Origin: Octopus sinensis
Lineage: Eukaryota
Assembly (NCBI RefSeq): GCF_006345805.1
Contig: NC_042998.1
Coordinates: forward strand, 124,186,001 to 124,250,000
Length of the DNA stretch: 64,000 nucleotides
Reading direction: 5' to 3'
Of this stretch, positions 34,976-50,130 are shown in pieces. Position 1 is the stretch's first letter. The number at the start of each line of letters is the position of its first letter. The translations under genes and the position numbers were made by a program. The notes below the pieces were generated by a model that did no database searches, was not told where the DNA came from, and saw only the letters and a program-made list of their open reading frames with translations.

Positions 34976-37319
34976 AATTATGTTAATTACCCTAAATATT
35001 TACTCTCGCTATTCAGCAATTACTTTTCTAATTGCAAAGATACTTTTCCACTCAGTATATTCCTTGATTATTACTTGGTACTTGAGATAATAATTGAGAA
35101 AACAAGAAACTATTTATTCTGTATTTGTTGTAAAGAACTAGCATTATGATAGTGCCGTCAACTTTAGTAATTATCACAATAAATGTCAATCCTAAATTAC
35201 ACTTTTCTATTTAATTGGGAAATAAATTGATTAACAATTTAATATCTATTATCTAAACTACATTGAACGACGTGATATAATCCTCTCTAATCCTTCTTTG
35301 ACATGTTCAAAATATTCAAGCCTTCTTTTACCTATGGTTGTACCATATATCAAAGTATCATAAGGGAAAATATGCTCACTTTTGCATATTAAGAGAGAAT
35401 AATGCGATTCCAACACATAAAAGTAACATACTACGGACCTAATACACATCAATTAGATCATGTATTAATAGAAAGGTATGTGTCACGTTATGTAACAATA
35501 TGCTAAACTAGAATTCCCATATTTAAGGATGCATGAATCTTCTGCAAAGAAATATTCATATACCAATCCTCTTTACACAAAAACAACCCCAGAAATGGTA
35601 TCGCGCTGATAATTATTGGCTTTGATCTTGGTTTATTTGCTCATTGCTCGTATTTTATTAGACCAGTTTTCTTCCGACACAAATACAAAAGCGGACGTAA
35701 CAAATGTATTAAACTATATGGATCATGCAAATCCTCTTCTCTGTAGTAACACTTTTTGCCCTTTTTCATGGCAGGCAAAAGTAAAGATGTGTTTCAAGAA
35801 AAAGCAATGCGCTGTCAGTAATATCTTAAAAAAGGAAGAATATGATACATCTAATGTCTACAGAAGACAACAGATTCTTACCGGAGATGACATCATTCTC
35901 GAGAGCAATGTTCACAGATGGATATAAGAAAGTTAAAAATAGCAGGGACAAGTATTGAATATATGGAGCTATGATCAAATGGGACCACTGGAACGAATTT
36001 TGGAGATAAAATAATATATTATCTCACGAATTTGTCTTTGTGTTCGTTCTTCTTAGTCAGTAAAATAAGCTAACACTCGGTTATATCAATTACATACGCA
36101 GCGTAAATTGTGTGATTCTCAGTCATATTTAGAAAGCCAGTTACACTAAGTGAATTATCAAATCAATTTATATCTTCTTTTCGCATCCACATGCATAATT
36201 AACATTGCATTTATATTGTTGTATTGTTTTTAACATTGCATTTTGATTTGGTAATGATATGTATTGGCATGTACTGGCTGATGGCATGTATTTGGTATGT
36301 AGAGTACCGCATAAACATTTCTGTCTTATTCTTTTCTTCATATGAAGAGCGTTAAGTCTAACACGGAATATAATGGCCAATATATTTCTCTGTACTTATA
36401 TGAATGAAAGTATATCTCAATACCAAATATTTTCTTCCATCGAATATTGCACGCTGATATTGGACGCTTAAAAATACCTTTATAAAGAATTGTGGTTTTA
36501 CCTACAAGTGCATCTACTTGATGCTGTATGATTTGGTCATATACATATAAAGTACCAGTTTCTAGTCAGCTATCGTAGAAAGTGAGACAGTATTCGTTCC
36601 CGCATTGGATACAAATTATATATGTCTGTGTGAGTGTATATTTGTGGGTATGTACATATGCGTACACATTTGTGTAGCTCTGTGAGTATATGTGCATATT
36701 TATATCTGTATGTGTGTTTGTGTGATTAATTTATTTGGAATGAAAGAATAGCTTTTATATATTTATTTGAATATCTGATTCACATAGAAAGCTCGGTGTT
36801 CCTGATAACTTTACCTGAAAAGTTAATATAAGATCGTGAAAACACGATAATAAATTGACGTTTACAATTTTCGTATGTCTTGATAAATTGTCGTATATCT
36901 TGATGAACTAAGAATAGGTTTTTTAACGTTTAGAAACCAGCTAACCGAGTTTACAACTTCAGAATGCATTGGCATTTTCTTTATGCGCTGAAAACGTATT
37001 GTTACATTGCGCTTAATAGAATTAATAAAAGAACGTAAAAACATACAAACACTCTAAATGATCTAAATCATTTTCACTAATATATTTAAAATCTCAAATT
37101 GTAGGAATTATTATACTCCAGAAATCTTATCTTAAAATACATAAAAGTGATAATAAGCTTGGTTGTATTTTTTGTTCTATAATCTTACGAGCAAAGTCAA
37201 GTTTATCAAGAACTAGGATTGCCAATGACTACTTGTCCAAGGCTGTATCGATATGAATAAAGACCTTACTAACGAAATAGTATAGTTTAAAGAATAATGT
37301 TGCATGTAAGATAAACTTT

Positions 37320-37465
37320 GTGAAATTACTGGGCTTGTGGTTAAGATGATCGGCTCCTGATCACAAATTTGTGGGTTCAGTTACTGGACTTGGCCTCATA
37401 TTGTGTTCTGGAGTAAGGAATTTTTTTTTCATTGTTTCAGGCGACTTAACTGAAATGAACACTAT
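37320..37465 (+). mobile_element. Degenerate tRNA-derived SINE fragment
   Basis: GGCTTGTGGTTAAG A-box-like, GGTTCAG B-box-like, tgtgttctggagtaag core resembling 60340-60650. Confidence 0.5.
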
Positions 37466-38249
37466 CCAGGTACTTGTGCATCCCAGTCTCCTTCTATGTG
37501 TCACATCTTAGATGTGACACTTGGTAAAGTTTGAGCAGAGCCAGAGAGTTTCTTATGTGTTCTCGAGTTATGCAGTCAACACAATCAATTAGGTCAAGCA
37601 CGGTAGATGTTACGCTGCTCTATTCGTTTGCCAGTGACAGCGAGCTTTGTTATTTTTGGAGCGCACACATTTTCTCGCACTGTCAAACGTAAACGAAGCA
37701 CTCACAAGAAATTTATATCTATGACTAGAACAGTTATAGCTTAGCTAGCGTATAGGTTACTATGCTGTATACACATTGGCACAGATATGAGCAATATTTT
37801 ATGATGCTTTAGGAAACTTGACATTTGTCAGCCTAATCATGTTGGCTGTCATTGGCAACATAAATGTTACTCTATCCAATTTATAAACTTTTCAGAGCAA
37901 TGCTAAAATTGTATACTTGCTACAAAAAACACAAAGATTTAAAACATACTACAATATTAATACGTAAATAAATATTTTCAGCGCTTGCATTAAAATGGAA
38001 ACAGGACAGACTAAATTAGTTTTATCACAGTTTGTTTTCACCAAAATTATGTATATACAAAATTTATCCTTGTGGGTAAGAAACGGGATTCTCTCCCTCT
38101 TTCTCACTCTTTCACACACTCTATTCCTCTCTGTATCTATATAATATATATATATGCATGTATGTGTTTGTGTGTGCGTGTTTGTGTGTATAGAAACACA
38201 CACAGATATATTTACGCATATAAGTACATATTTACATATGAATGTAATT

Positions 38250-39360
38250 ATACATATGTGTATGTATATGTGTAGATTTGCATGTTTTTTTTTTATATAT
38301 GTCTTCTCATGCATATACTTGCATATCTAGACATGCTCATATATACTTAAATGACAAACATCTAGAAAGTTTAGAGATTTCACAGTTCCAGTGATGGCTT
38401 GGATCTGTAGTCTACAAATGAGTTGTCTCTGTCTTTCTCTTAGGCAGTGTCTTACATATTCCAGTGCCCCAATAATTATAGGTATAGCCCGGAACTTGTA
38501 ATCCGGATAGAGTAGATGAAGATCTCTCAGTAGTTCAGCATAGGTATCCTCTTTTTCACCTTATGTTAACATCTGCTGGGCAGCTGATCTTCACAACCGT
38601 ACACAGTTTCTCGCCTCTATCCCAAATCATTATATCAAGTCTATTGTGTTTACATATTATTATGGTTTTCACTGAGACATTCTACCAATACTTTTTTTAT
38701 TATGAGTGGATATGACTTATTTCTTATTTCTTTGTCTTCGGTGGATCTCGTTATACAGTGTCCTAGTTACAACATCATGTTTCACCGGTAGATAATACTG
38801 TGATGACATTTTCGAACAACTGCTTATGATATGGGGGGCAGCTTCGGTAATAACACCACAAAAGTTATATATATGTATATGTTGAGTTCTACGATTTTGA
38901 AACTTGTGTAGTGACCAAAGCCACATAAATATATGAATAACCGACGTATTTCTTTGGCTTGGGAGCGCTGCAAAAAGATTCTGCTTTATCTCATATTTGG
39001 AGCAAGCCAAATCCAGTATTGCTTCACAAACGCTGGGTTTATAGGGGTTTGTAATTATTTCAATAGCTTATTGAAAATAGTAAACGTCATATCCACCTGT
39101 ACATCAATGACTATGAACTAATAATACATAATCTAATGTAGAATTCATTGCAGCTTTGTACCCTCAGTTCATGTATGTTTTCCCAGAATTTCCGTTTTGA
39201 TGTGATGTTTTCTTTGTGGCCTACATAAAACTCTGGAATATGAAGTGCAGTTTATTTTGAATCTAGACGCTTACATGGCTTCTGTTTCTAACGTTACTTT
39301 TGCTATTGTTTGCAAAATATTTCTTCTGAACTTTGTATTTTTTTTTTGTGGATACTCTTC
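38250..39360 (-). mobile_element. R4/Dong-type RLE LINE 3' region; degraded upstream parts may extend to ~40560
   Basis: CG..EAAPHIISSCSKM..HDVV (CCHC knuckle), LDIMIWDRGEKLCTVVKISCPAD (PD-D/ExK nuclease), YPDYKFRAIPIIIGALG. Confidence 0.85.
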
Positions 39361-41288
39361 AACAAATACTTAGCTGAGTCTTCGTATCCATCTCTCTGAA
39401 AGTCGGCTTCTGTTATTTTTACCTTCAAAAGTAAGGCTGGTGAATGTTCTGCTCCTCATATCCACACCCCAGTCAGCATTTTTCGCAGTGTAGTTTCTTA
39501 TATTACGATTCATTTCGTTTGTTTTTCGTAAACCCTTATATTTCTGAACTTCACACTCTGCTGCTGATCTTTTGTAATAAATAAACAATTTCAGCATACT
39601 TTAGATAATTCTGGTAAGGTGCGTATTATTGTCTTTTCATTCCACAAAATGTGGTAAGCTGGTCTCTCGCAAACGTAAGTTATATGAGATTTTTGGAAGC
39701 CTCCCTGAGATTTCTAAATTTTATATGCATAAAGATACTATTTAATATTGATTTAAATGGTTATTGTTATTCTACATACTGCTTCTCATGGGATTTGGGT
39801 TGTTGTTTTTTTATTGCAATCCAATTTTAACTTTCATTAAGGAATTTTCAGATGATATCATGCCTGACCTTCCTGTCTACCTTGATGTCAAGCCTTAGTA
39901 TCATTTATTCAATAAGAAGACTTATACTTTCTCTCGATCCACATCGATTATCTTGAGCTGAATACTTGTTTACTGACTGATTAGAATTGCCAAGGGTTGA
40001 TTACTTTTATATCTGCAAAATCTACAATTCTTTGTGTTAATCTATCAAGAACTTTAGTAATATTCCTTTTTCTGTCTAATACAGTTTGCTCTGAGTCACA
40101 GTCTTCTACGTTTAACTTTTTCTTATGAATTTATTTGGAATGATTATATCAGATCTGTTTCAATGACAATTGATTTTTCCTGTAGACCCCCTTATCATGT
40201 TATCTTGCGAGGTATTCTTCAATTTTATAATACACTTATTTAGAATATTGTCTGGTACCACTGGCAATATTCTTTCTCTTAGAGATTGAGTTCAAAAATG
40301 ATTTACTAAAATTTTACATCCCATTTCCTGCAGTTATATCTCAACCATTCTCTTACTCTCTCACGCTCCTCTCTTCATCTCATATTTTCCACTATTGAGC
40401 AAATAGTTTGGAAATCATTGTTCTGTCGAAGATTTTTTTGTTCTTTCTCTTTTTAAGGCTACTAACCAAGTAACCAACTACAAATTATCATTCATTCATT
40501 GCTATTTTACCCTTTATTACTTTATTTCTTGAAGCATTGTTTTTAAGAACACTCTTTTAATCTTTTTCGTTTTCTGCAGAAGTATAATCATAATTCATGA
40601 AAATTTTGTGTTGAATATTTTGTCCCTTTTAGAGCAGGGCAGACTCTCAGAGTTCTATGTAATTTCTCTTTTGAAATTCCCAAATGGTTTTGATGAAACT
40701 TGTCCTATTGTTGTATTAATTGTCAATTTGTTAGAAGTAATTTCCAGTAAAATATAAGTATTATTGCGTATATATTTCACATTTATTTGTAGTCTTACTA
40801 TTTGTACGTATGTACACACGCCAACATACACAGATACGCACACACAAACATACACGCATACACGCAAGCACGCACGAATTTTCTTAAACATTTGCTTCAC
40901 AGGCGTTGTGATCTTTTTCATAAATATTGTCTATGAGCGTATAAAATCTCACCATTCGTATGGATATATGAGATAATATTTTTAAAAAATGTAGAGTGTA
41001 GTTTTAATGAAGTAAACGCTTCCAGATTCTTAAGAAAAACATTTCAGATTGTATTGTCTAGATTTTATTATATTCTCATCGAGTCGATAACTCAATGAAA
41101 ATTTAATATATGTCAAAATTTTAAAGGAGAACTACTTCAGCTGTAAACTTAGAAAATACATTATTCATTTTTCTGAGTTAATGATTTTTAAATTTGTCGC
41201 ATATTTATATATACACACATACACACACATATATATATAGAGAGAGAAAGATAGATATACATACACACACGCACACATACACACACAC

Positions 41289-41348
<60 letters not shown>

Positions 41349-41383
41349 ATATATATATGTGTATATATGTATGTATATATATA

Positions 41384-41452
<69 letters not shown>

Positions 41453-44400
41453 GCAAGTGGAGAAGCTATGTATATATGTTATGTACGTATATTTGAGTAA
41501 GAGAAAGACTTAATTGGTGTTTATTCCTGAAGCTCTCGTTGAAAACTAATATACTTAATATCGCAGTAGATTTTCTATATGAACAATTCCACCTGACTTT
41601 CTATACTTCCAATATCTTTTATATTTATAACTCAAGATGTATTTGCCAAGAAATGTAACTTCTAATTGAATTACATGTTCTTATTTTCTTCCTTTTCACA
41701 TACCTTTAAATTTTATTTGAATTACATTTAAATGTACAATACTTGTTACGATATAACACTTGCGTTATTCAGTTACCATGTGGCTGAAAGCTGATAAAGG
41801 ATTAGTTTATTCGTTACTGAGCACATTTATTTTCGTTCAAATCATATTGTTGGAAAGTATCTGTTACCTTTCCGACAAGTTGAACGCATCACTAAATTCA
41901 ATTATTAATAATTATTCATTCTGATTTGTGATATGTATGAGGGTATGGCATAGTCGACTAAATAAATGCAGCAGATAATACTGTTAATTGTAAAAGGATT
42001 TCAATAAAAGGGTCAATGTAAACGAAAATGTATGTATTTAACTACATTCACTGCTTTACAAACCTTTATTCAATATTAGTTTACGCTTGTTTCTGATAAT
42101 TGATTTAAATTGAAAAAATTTCTGCACTCTATTCTACATAGCTCTAGGGGAAATACTGGTGCCAAATAATGCTAAATTTAGAATTAGAAACAGTCCGTTT
42201 AACCCCACTGGTACTTATAAGCATCACTCTTAAAGAATAATTTTGGCAGAAATAATTGAATGAAGTATTACTAAATTTCGTAAACAATTTTGTCAATTTA
42301 TTTCCGAATGAAACAGCACCGATTGGTGCTGAGACAATGATTATTTTCCTCCAAGTATTGACAATTATATAATAGTTGTACTTATGATTTATATACAAAT
42401 TATTTAATATTTTAATCGCATAAATATTTAGCTCCTTTGTAAAAAGATTGTTGTGTAGATTTGAAGTATATTTGAGAGAATTTGAATAACTTAATGCACT
42501 CCCATCAACATAATACATATTAATTAGAATGCTATTTCAACTTTAAGTCTGTCAGTATTCTTTGAAATGTGTTCAGAAAATTGAAACTATTAATTGCTTA
42601 AAGAGAATCTCTGCATATAAAAGCATTAAAACAGAGGCTATGGATTTTTCACGACCCTCTTTGTCCAGTGTTTTTATCAGTTATAATAAATTTTCTTCAT
42701 GATACTTCGTGATGGTGTATTGAAACGATAAATGGGGAACGAAAGTGCCTAGTATTTGAGTATGTCTAATGCCACTTACAAAAACTTAAATTTATACAAA
42801 TATCGATTTATTTTGTCAATGCACAATGTAATTTTGAATTAAGTGATTATATGGTCAGAACAACTTTAAGCTATTTGCCATGTTAGTTAACTATAATGGT
42901 GTGGATATCAAAGTCAGTAATTCTATCTTTAAAACTCAATACCGCTTGCTCTCTTGCTCATATCTTCCCCTATATTAATATTAGAATATGTGGATGTCAA
43001 AATATTTCTTTTTTCTTCTAATTCCAAAGAATCAGAGTCTTATCCACCTATAGCTATATCTCTTCGACTATTCATATACGATACGAATAATTCATATGAT
43101 ATTGCAAAACCTGATAAATGCTTACAACCTAAAATGAGAAATACAAGCTCACCGAATTCACATTACATATACATAGGTATCATAAGCGATGTTTGCACCA
43201 CAGCTTGCTTGTTATTTATTCAATTCCATTTGGCAATGATTACCAATACAGGCCATATTCTCCCCATTTACAGAATTGTGAGAGCACAAGTTATAGCGTC
43301 ATTTAAAAACCAAATGTTCATTATATTAAATAAATTAGCAAGAAAATATGTTTTTATCCCATGTATGATGTCCCCGAATTCTTCATTAAGCATGTACTAT
43401 TTATTAATTGCAATTAAAAATGTTGCAAATTTTAGAATAGTGTTATTACAAAAGAGTCAATTCCAGTTTCTGAAATGTTTGCAGAGTACTTGTTTTTTAA
43501 ACTCTTGTTTACTGGATATGAAATAAAAAGAAATGAAATATAAAGAAAAGCAACTGTACCAATGTTACGTGCATTCATAGCATGTGAGGCAAGGCGTATT
43601 CATGGACTTCCTTTTCTTTTTCTAATCCTATCAATTCCAATTTGTTCAATAAAATTGTACTCCAAAAATAAAAATATGAATGAGCAACAAAGTATTTTTT
43701 GCCCAGATGCAGCAAGTATACAGAAGCAAGCAAAGAAACAGAGTTCGAACGAAACAGAAAAGAAATTCAGATAATAACGAGACAAGCAAAAGCAGCGAGA
43801 ATACGTTACTGCCCAATATAGACAAGAACAACTTACTCATAAACAGCGTGCATACATTAGAAGGAGATAGTGCACAGCATAGACAGTCACAAGAACAGTT
43901 TTCCCAAAAGCAATGAGATTTCATTTAGGCTCAAAATACTGAAAATACTCAAAATACGGCAACAAGTTTCTAGAGTGTGCTGAGAACGCATTTTGCTTCA
44001 CAACGGTGAGCAGCTTTGAAAGGTATGGCAAATATTTGCTGAAGAGCGGCGAAAATGCGATTATGTCAAACATGCTGAAATAGAGCTCAATGCCATAAGC
44101 GTTCCAAAGAGGAAACATCGAGACGAATGGGTTATGTTGGTAGGATAACTTTTTAATCGATTCCTATTGTACAGATGTGGTCAGTAAACTGTGGGACTTG
44201 GACCATATGAAATATTTTTGCTGCTGTGACTACTCAAGTTTCCTGCTATGTAGGAAAGATAAATTTATAGAACATTTGGACATTGAAGTCAGACTATGTA
44301 GCATTGATCTCTATATATAAATGTAGTCGCCTACATATGATATGATATATATATATATATATATATACATACATACACAGGCGCAGACACATGTATATAT

Positions 44401-44459
44401 ATGTAATCTATGTATGTATGGTAAACGAGAGACGTAAGATAAGATAATTTTTATTAAAC

Positions 44460-44562
44460 ATTACAATTGTTTCGACATATTTAGCATCGATCCCTCACGG
44501 GTGGGATACTTCACAACTAGTTTACGGGTATCCTACGGTGCAGGTGTGTCTCTTCGGGTAAT
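44460..44562 (-). ncRNA. Degenerate hammerhead motif with U4C core
   Basis: AUUAC-CCGAAGA-GACA...UGUC-GAAAC-AA-UU-GUAAU; stems I and II pair, stem III 15.2/16.2 mismatched. Confidence 0.45.
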
Positions 44563-44746
44563 AAATAGATATAACTCGTTAAAATAACAGTTCTGCAACG
44601 TGTAAAGAAAAGCATCAGGTTAAAGAATATAGCTTCATAAATATAAAAGATCAACAACAAAATAGCAGATGCAAAAGAAAGATACCAACACGCAATAGAA
44701 TGAAAAAGTATTAAAAATATAGGTGTGTACGTGTGTGTGTATACAT

Positions 44747-44802
<56 letters not shown>

Positions 44803-45766
44803 ACACACACACACATGTATATTTCTTTATTCCATCTAGTTTCATCTCACGAGCTGTGGTCATGCTGGGGCACCGCCATTTAAACGTGAAGATAGGCGAA
44901 ACAATGATATGCAATGCGCGCGGTGCGCTAACGTTTCTGCCAAATCACCGCCTTATATATGTTGTTACATTAATTCTATGTAGTATTGGTATGTTTACAT
45001 CATTCTCAATTATTACTGTATATTATGTTTTATCTCAGACATATTCAAATGTATATTGGTAAGATTATTCTAATAATATCTATACTATTTTACAATAAGG
45101 ATTAACAGTTGTATTTCTATTAAGGAAAACGGTTACAAGAGAGTGTCTATGAAGTCACTTTAATTGCTGGAAATCTCAGACACATTTTCCTTAAATTCAG
45201 TTTTACAATCTTAAATATTAGAATGTGGCTCGAGATATACATAAAGACAGGCTACTCATGACTGGAATACTTTTGAAAATATGCTTTCTGTATTAGGTCG
45301 TTGCGGGGCCATACAACAATACAATGACTTCAGAAAATAACTGGACAGTAATTCTAATCCTTCTGAATGCTTTTAAATGTCTCTATAAATTCAGTTTCGT
45401 ATTTAGATTTGTGCCTTAATTCATATATTTCATTATGTATCCGCGTTTAATAGATACAAGATTTCAAATTAGAGGTAGCCAAGCATATATTTCAATCTAT
45501 ATATAGATTTGATGATAGGTGTTTATAATTATACTTTAAATGTATTCCATAATGTTTTTCTCTGGCCCTTTGTGCTTCTTAATCAATCAAATGCTAATAA
45601 CAGGAATATTGTATTGTGCTTTGTAATTTATCATCAGCATGTTAATCTTGCAATAATAATTTATCTAAATCTAGTAGTTAATAAAACTGAACAAGACAGG
45701 AAGATCTGCTTTGAGATGACATGAGATATTCTAAGAATATAGGCATTTTGTTTCAAAAGACCAATA

Positions 45767-46186
45767 GGCGCAGGAGTGGCTGTGTGGTAAGTAGCTTGCT
45801 AACCAACCACATGGTTCAGGGTTCAGTCCCACTGCGTGGCATCTTGGGCAAAGTGTCTTCTGCTATAGCCCCGGGCCGACTAATGCCTTGTGAGTGGATT
45901 TGGTAGACGGAAACTGAAAGAAGCCTGTCGTATATATGTATATATATGTATATATGTGTGTGTGTTTGTGTCTCTGTGTGTGTTTGCCCCCCTAGCATTG
46001 CTTGACAACTGATGCTGGTGTGTTTACGTCCCCGTCACTTAGCGGTTCGGCAAAAGAGACCGATAGAATAAGTACTGGGCTTACAAAGAATAAGTCCCGG
46101 GGTCGATTTGCTCGACTAAAGGCGGTGCTTCAGCATGGCCGCAGTCAAATGACTGAAACAAGTAAAGGAGTAAAAGAGTAAAAGAG
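45767..46186 (+). mobile_element. Full-length major tRNA-derived SINE with internal TA/TG tract
   Basis: A-box TGGCTGTGTGG, B-box GGTTCAGTCCC, CORE-like tgggcaaagtgtcttctgctatagcc, (GTAAAAGA)n-like tail. Confidence 0.9.
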
Positions 46187-46329
46187 CATGGCGTTGGATG
46201 TATTTATCACATAACACATGCTGTTTAAGAGAGAAATGAATTTTTATGCGGGCGATCTCCATACGATATGTAATAGGTGGTTACAGTAAATCATTCACGA
46301 GGAGAAATACGATAATATTTCAGTTTGAG

Positions 46330-46545
46330 AAAGTGGACAGCTAGTTCTGAATGATCTTAGAATTCATCTAGCTACTTGCCCGCACACTGTTGCCATCTTG
46401 GTAATACGCACATGGAATGTTGCATCATTAGTCATCTGGTGTCTTACTCTGGGATTGCACAGCCCATTGGTCCTGTATATTTTAATTATAGTCTATCTGC
46501 GGGTCGATAGTAGAGTGCTTGAGATTTCTCTGCATTGAACTGCAT
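46330..46545 (-). mobile_element. CR1-type LINE fragment
   Basis: QFNAEKSQALYY..NDATFHVRITKM, homologous to 51260-51450. Confidence 0.7.
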
Positions 46546-48669
46546 GTTATTTGTATATTTGATATTGTATAAATATTATATCTATTGTATTATATATACA
46601 TATATATTTTTTATCAGTCCATGTGTATATTGCATACATGTTATACATGGTTATGCGTAAAGAGAGGGGGGAGAAGGAGAGGAACAAGAGAGAGAAATGA
46701 GACATCAAAGGTGTCTTGTTAATAATAATCTTGGACGATTCATCACCTCATTTTCGTCAAATCACAGGAAATTAGATTTCTGACGATTATTTGGATAATT
46801 ATGATATTATTATTATGATGAAAGTTTTATGCTTCATAAATTGTCAGTTTAAGTATTCTCTCTATTGAATGTATTAATCTCAGTGATCATAACTGATGAC
46901 ATGTTTGTTGTAACTATAGATTGTTGACATTGTAGAATATGCATTATGCGCGTATTTAAATGGCTATAAAATAATTACACATTTACACACAAACTCTCAC
47001 ACATGTACACAATCAACACACAGATACACAGCCATCTGTTTCTATATATACGTGCGCGCGCCTGTGTGTGTGTATGTGTGTGTGTGCATATATATATGTA
47101 TGTATAATATATATGTGAATGTGTGATAAAAGCGCCAAGTTGTTAATATTCTAAAATTTTGATCACCTACTTTTTCTTAATGCATAAAATTTCTACACCA
47201 CTTCAGTCAAGCTACATATATATTTTTTCAAAAATAAAACCGAAACACAACGAACGACCGAATAATTCTCAAACAAGACATACATATACTTTTTCCTCGT
47301 CAGTTGTCGTTTACAGAATCATTACAACTTCACGCCTTTAACGATATTCTTCACATTTGGTGACGTCAATAGCAAATAGGTGCTAGGATACTGAACAAAC
47401 GTTGTTGACAGTGACGAAAACTAATACGAATATGATACAGGTATAAATGTAAATATACAAGCAAAGTAAATTATACGTTATACAAAAAATAAGGTCGTGG
47501 GTCTCTGGGACAAGACATGACGTGTTTAATTAATGCAATAGGAAATATTCTATAGGGCTAGAAAGATGAAGGATAGAGCGAAAGATGAAAACAATGATGT
47601 TGAAAAAAATAAACCTGATGTTGAAATTAGAGATCGCCAGAGTTTAGAGAAGCCAAGAGGGGCAGGATAAGACAAGTCATTGGTCAATCGAAAAAGGTAA
47701 GTTAAAAAGGGAATAGACGTAGGTCAAATGGTAGTGGAAGTGAAAACCAGTGGTGGAGAGTAGAGGGACAAAAAGGTCAGAGAGGTAAGATGGTGAGAGA
47801 GGAAAGGGGAGAGAGAGAGGTGGGAGAGGAAGAAAAAGAGAGAACGTGAAAAAGAAAGAGACGACGCACAAAATATTTCTGCTATAGGACGAAAAATATA
47901 ATATATTCGAATGGTGTTATATTAAATGATAAGTTTTAAAAATTAAACTGAAGTATGACAAGGATCGAAAGGAAAATTCACATAAGACATGGACATGCGC
48001 TTTTCACCTCAAGTGTCATGTTCGTTAAAACGTCGAAAAATATACGTTGCTATCAGCTTCTTTAGATTTGTTCAAACTAAATGAAGTGCAACTTTGCCTT
48101 TCCTAATTTGGTAGTCGATAACATAATAAGCTGGTCAAATACTAGCATCGATGTAATCGACTGAACTGCTCCAATCAGAATTACTGATCATGTGAGGAAT
48201 AACATTTCGGTTTATACAAATATAGTAAGATAATTCATGAGACACAAAAAGAATGGAGGCATAACGTCGCTATAGAGGTTTACAATATTATCCATCAGAA
48301 CATCCTACTACTAAAAAAACGTAAAAATGAAACAAGCATTCGAAATACTCAAAATAATCAAAAGTAAAAGACAATCGAAGTCCTTCTAAAAATTCCTCCC
48401 ACGCGCTAAATTAGCTTCCACAATTCCTACAACAACAGTCAAAACAATGTGGCCGCCCCAATTGCGGGACCTGCATCAACAGTATTGAAGACACAACATA
48501 CAAATTCAAATCAAGACAGACTTTTACCGTAAAAACAATCACTTTACAAGATTTTCAAGGAATTTAATATACGCTATTAAAAGTGAAGATGTAATGAAGA
48601 TAACTTAGGTCAAACAAAGCTTACTCTAAGAAATAAACTGACCATTCACCGACAACAAATACGATATCC

Positions 48670-50130
48670 CAGTACTAGACATAGAAAGGATTTCTTTCTA
48701 GAAATTTTATCACTATCTCCATAGACTTTTCTGCATTATACCATGTTTCCTCATTAAAGTTTTCTTGCCATTTACTCGAATGGGAGCTGACGCTATCGCT
48801 AATTTCATCACCATTATTTTCTTCAGTACATTGTTCAGCGGTTTCTTGATCTTGTCGCACCCACATTTCAATTCTATTTGTATCAAGTGATTGAAGAACA
48901 GTGTGTTTGGTTGGAAATTGTGTAGTTTCAAGAATATTTTGTACTCCAGATTCATTTTCTTCTTCTTTCGCTTCGGGAGCACTCTTTTGTTAATGTGCCT
49001 GCTGGAACCTGATCCCATGCACTTGCGAGGGTAAAAATGGCATATTTGATGGTAAAATTGCGGTGGAAATCGCCTATACTAATATTGCTATTTACCATAT
49101 TTATCATGAAATCCTTTCTGTAGAAACTTTTTAAGTTCTAAATAATCCCTTGGTCCATAGGTTGTATGAGAGATGTCACGTTCGGTGGTAAGTAGCACGC
49201 AAAACATTCTCACACGATAACACTAATTTTGTCTCGTGAGGATGTACTTACAATTGTCAAATAGCAGCAGCCACTTTGAATCAGACTTACGTATTCATGA
49301 GACTGCTTTTGTACAGCTGGCAAAATTCTAGTATGAATCATTCTGTGAGCAAGTGTTGATTCATCCACCCATTTTTTGAAGAATATGATACTGGTAAAGG
49401 TGAAACTCTTTCCAATGCTCAAGAACACTTAGATTTACGAATGACAGGAAACTTAAGTTTGTAAGTTCCAGAAGCATTTGCACGTACTATCACTGTAAGT
49501 CTCTCTTTATTTAATTTTAATCTTTTTATTTTCTGCTCGTCTGATCCAGCGAAAATTTTTGTGGGTAAGCACTTCCAATTTATACCAGTTTCATCAGCAT
49601 TCTAAATAATACCTGGTGTTAAAGCATAATCCTCAATTATTTTTTGGAACCTTTCGCAAGAACGTATCAGCTGAAAATTGTTCACCTGAAATTGTTAATT
49701 GCCTTATAGCATGTCTACTCTTAATACTGCTAAGCCAGCCTTGGCTGAATTTCATTTCCCTTGTGATATTCAACTCTCTCTTAGGAGACTTTGCTTTAGC
49801 AATTATCATCGGTCCCGATAGTGCTATACGTTTATTTCGCTTCGATAAAAACTATTCATGTAATATTTTATCGAGTTCAACTTGCTTTGGTCCATGAAGA
49901 GTCCTTCTTTTGGTTTGTCTTTTTATATTCTCAGAGAGAGGGGTGCAGCATTCAATATTTCCACCATGTTCTTTTTTATGTAGATGTGTGTGATCCTTCC
50001 AATTTTATAATCTTTCAATATGTCACTATTTACAATTCCAGCATCTAATTTTTCTAGAATTTGACGTTTTTCGAGTAATTTATGTAACCTGTTTTCTTTT
50101 ACGATTATATGCCACTATGATACGGATTTC
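48670..50130 (-). mobile_element. pogo/Tigger-like transposase pseudogene
   Basis: LSGPMIIAKAK, FSQGWLSSIKSRH (CENP-B HTH), NADETG, ERLTV..ANASG, LPVSY..GWMN, YLPPNVTSLIQPMDQGII; many stops. Confidence 0.9.

Noticed and set aside
35616-35927. 103-aa ORF with acceptor-like sites
   Set aside because: No recognisable domain, no consistent donor and no linked exons
44030-44075. CUGAAGA-GCGGC-GAAA-AUGCGAUUA motif
   Set aside because: Stem II would have a 1-nt loop and stem I is weak; probably chance
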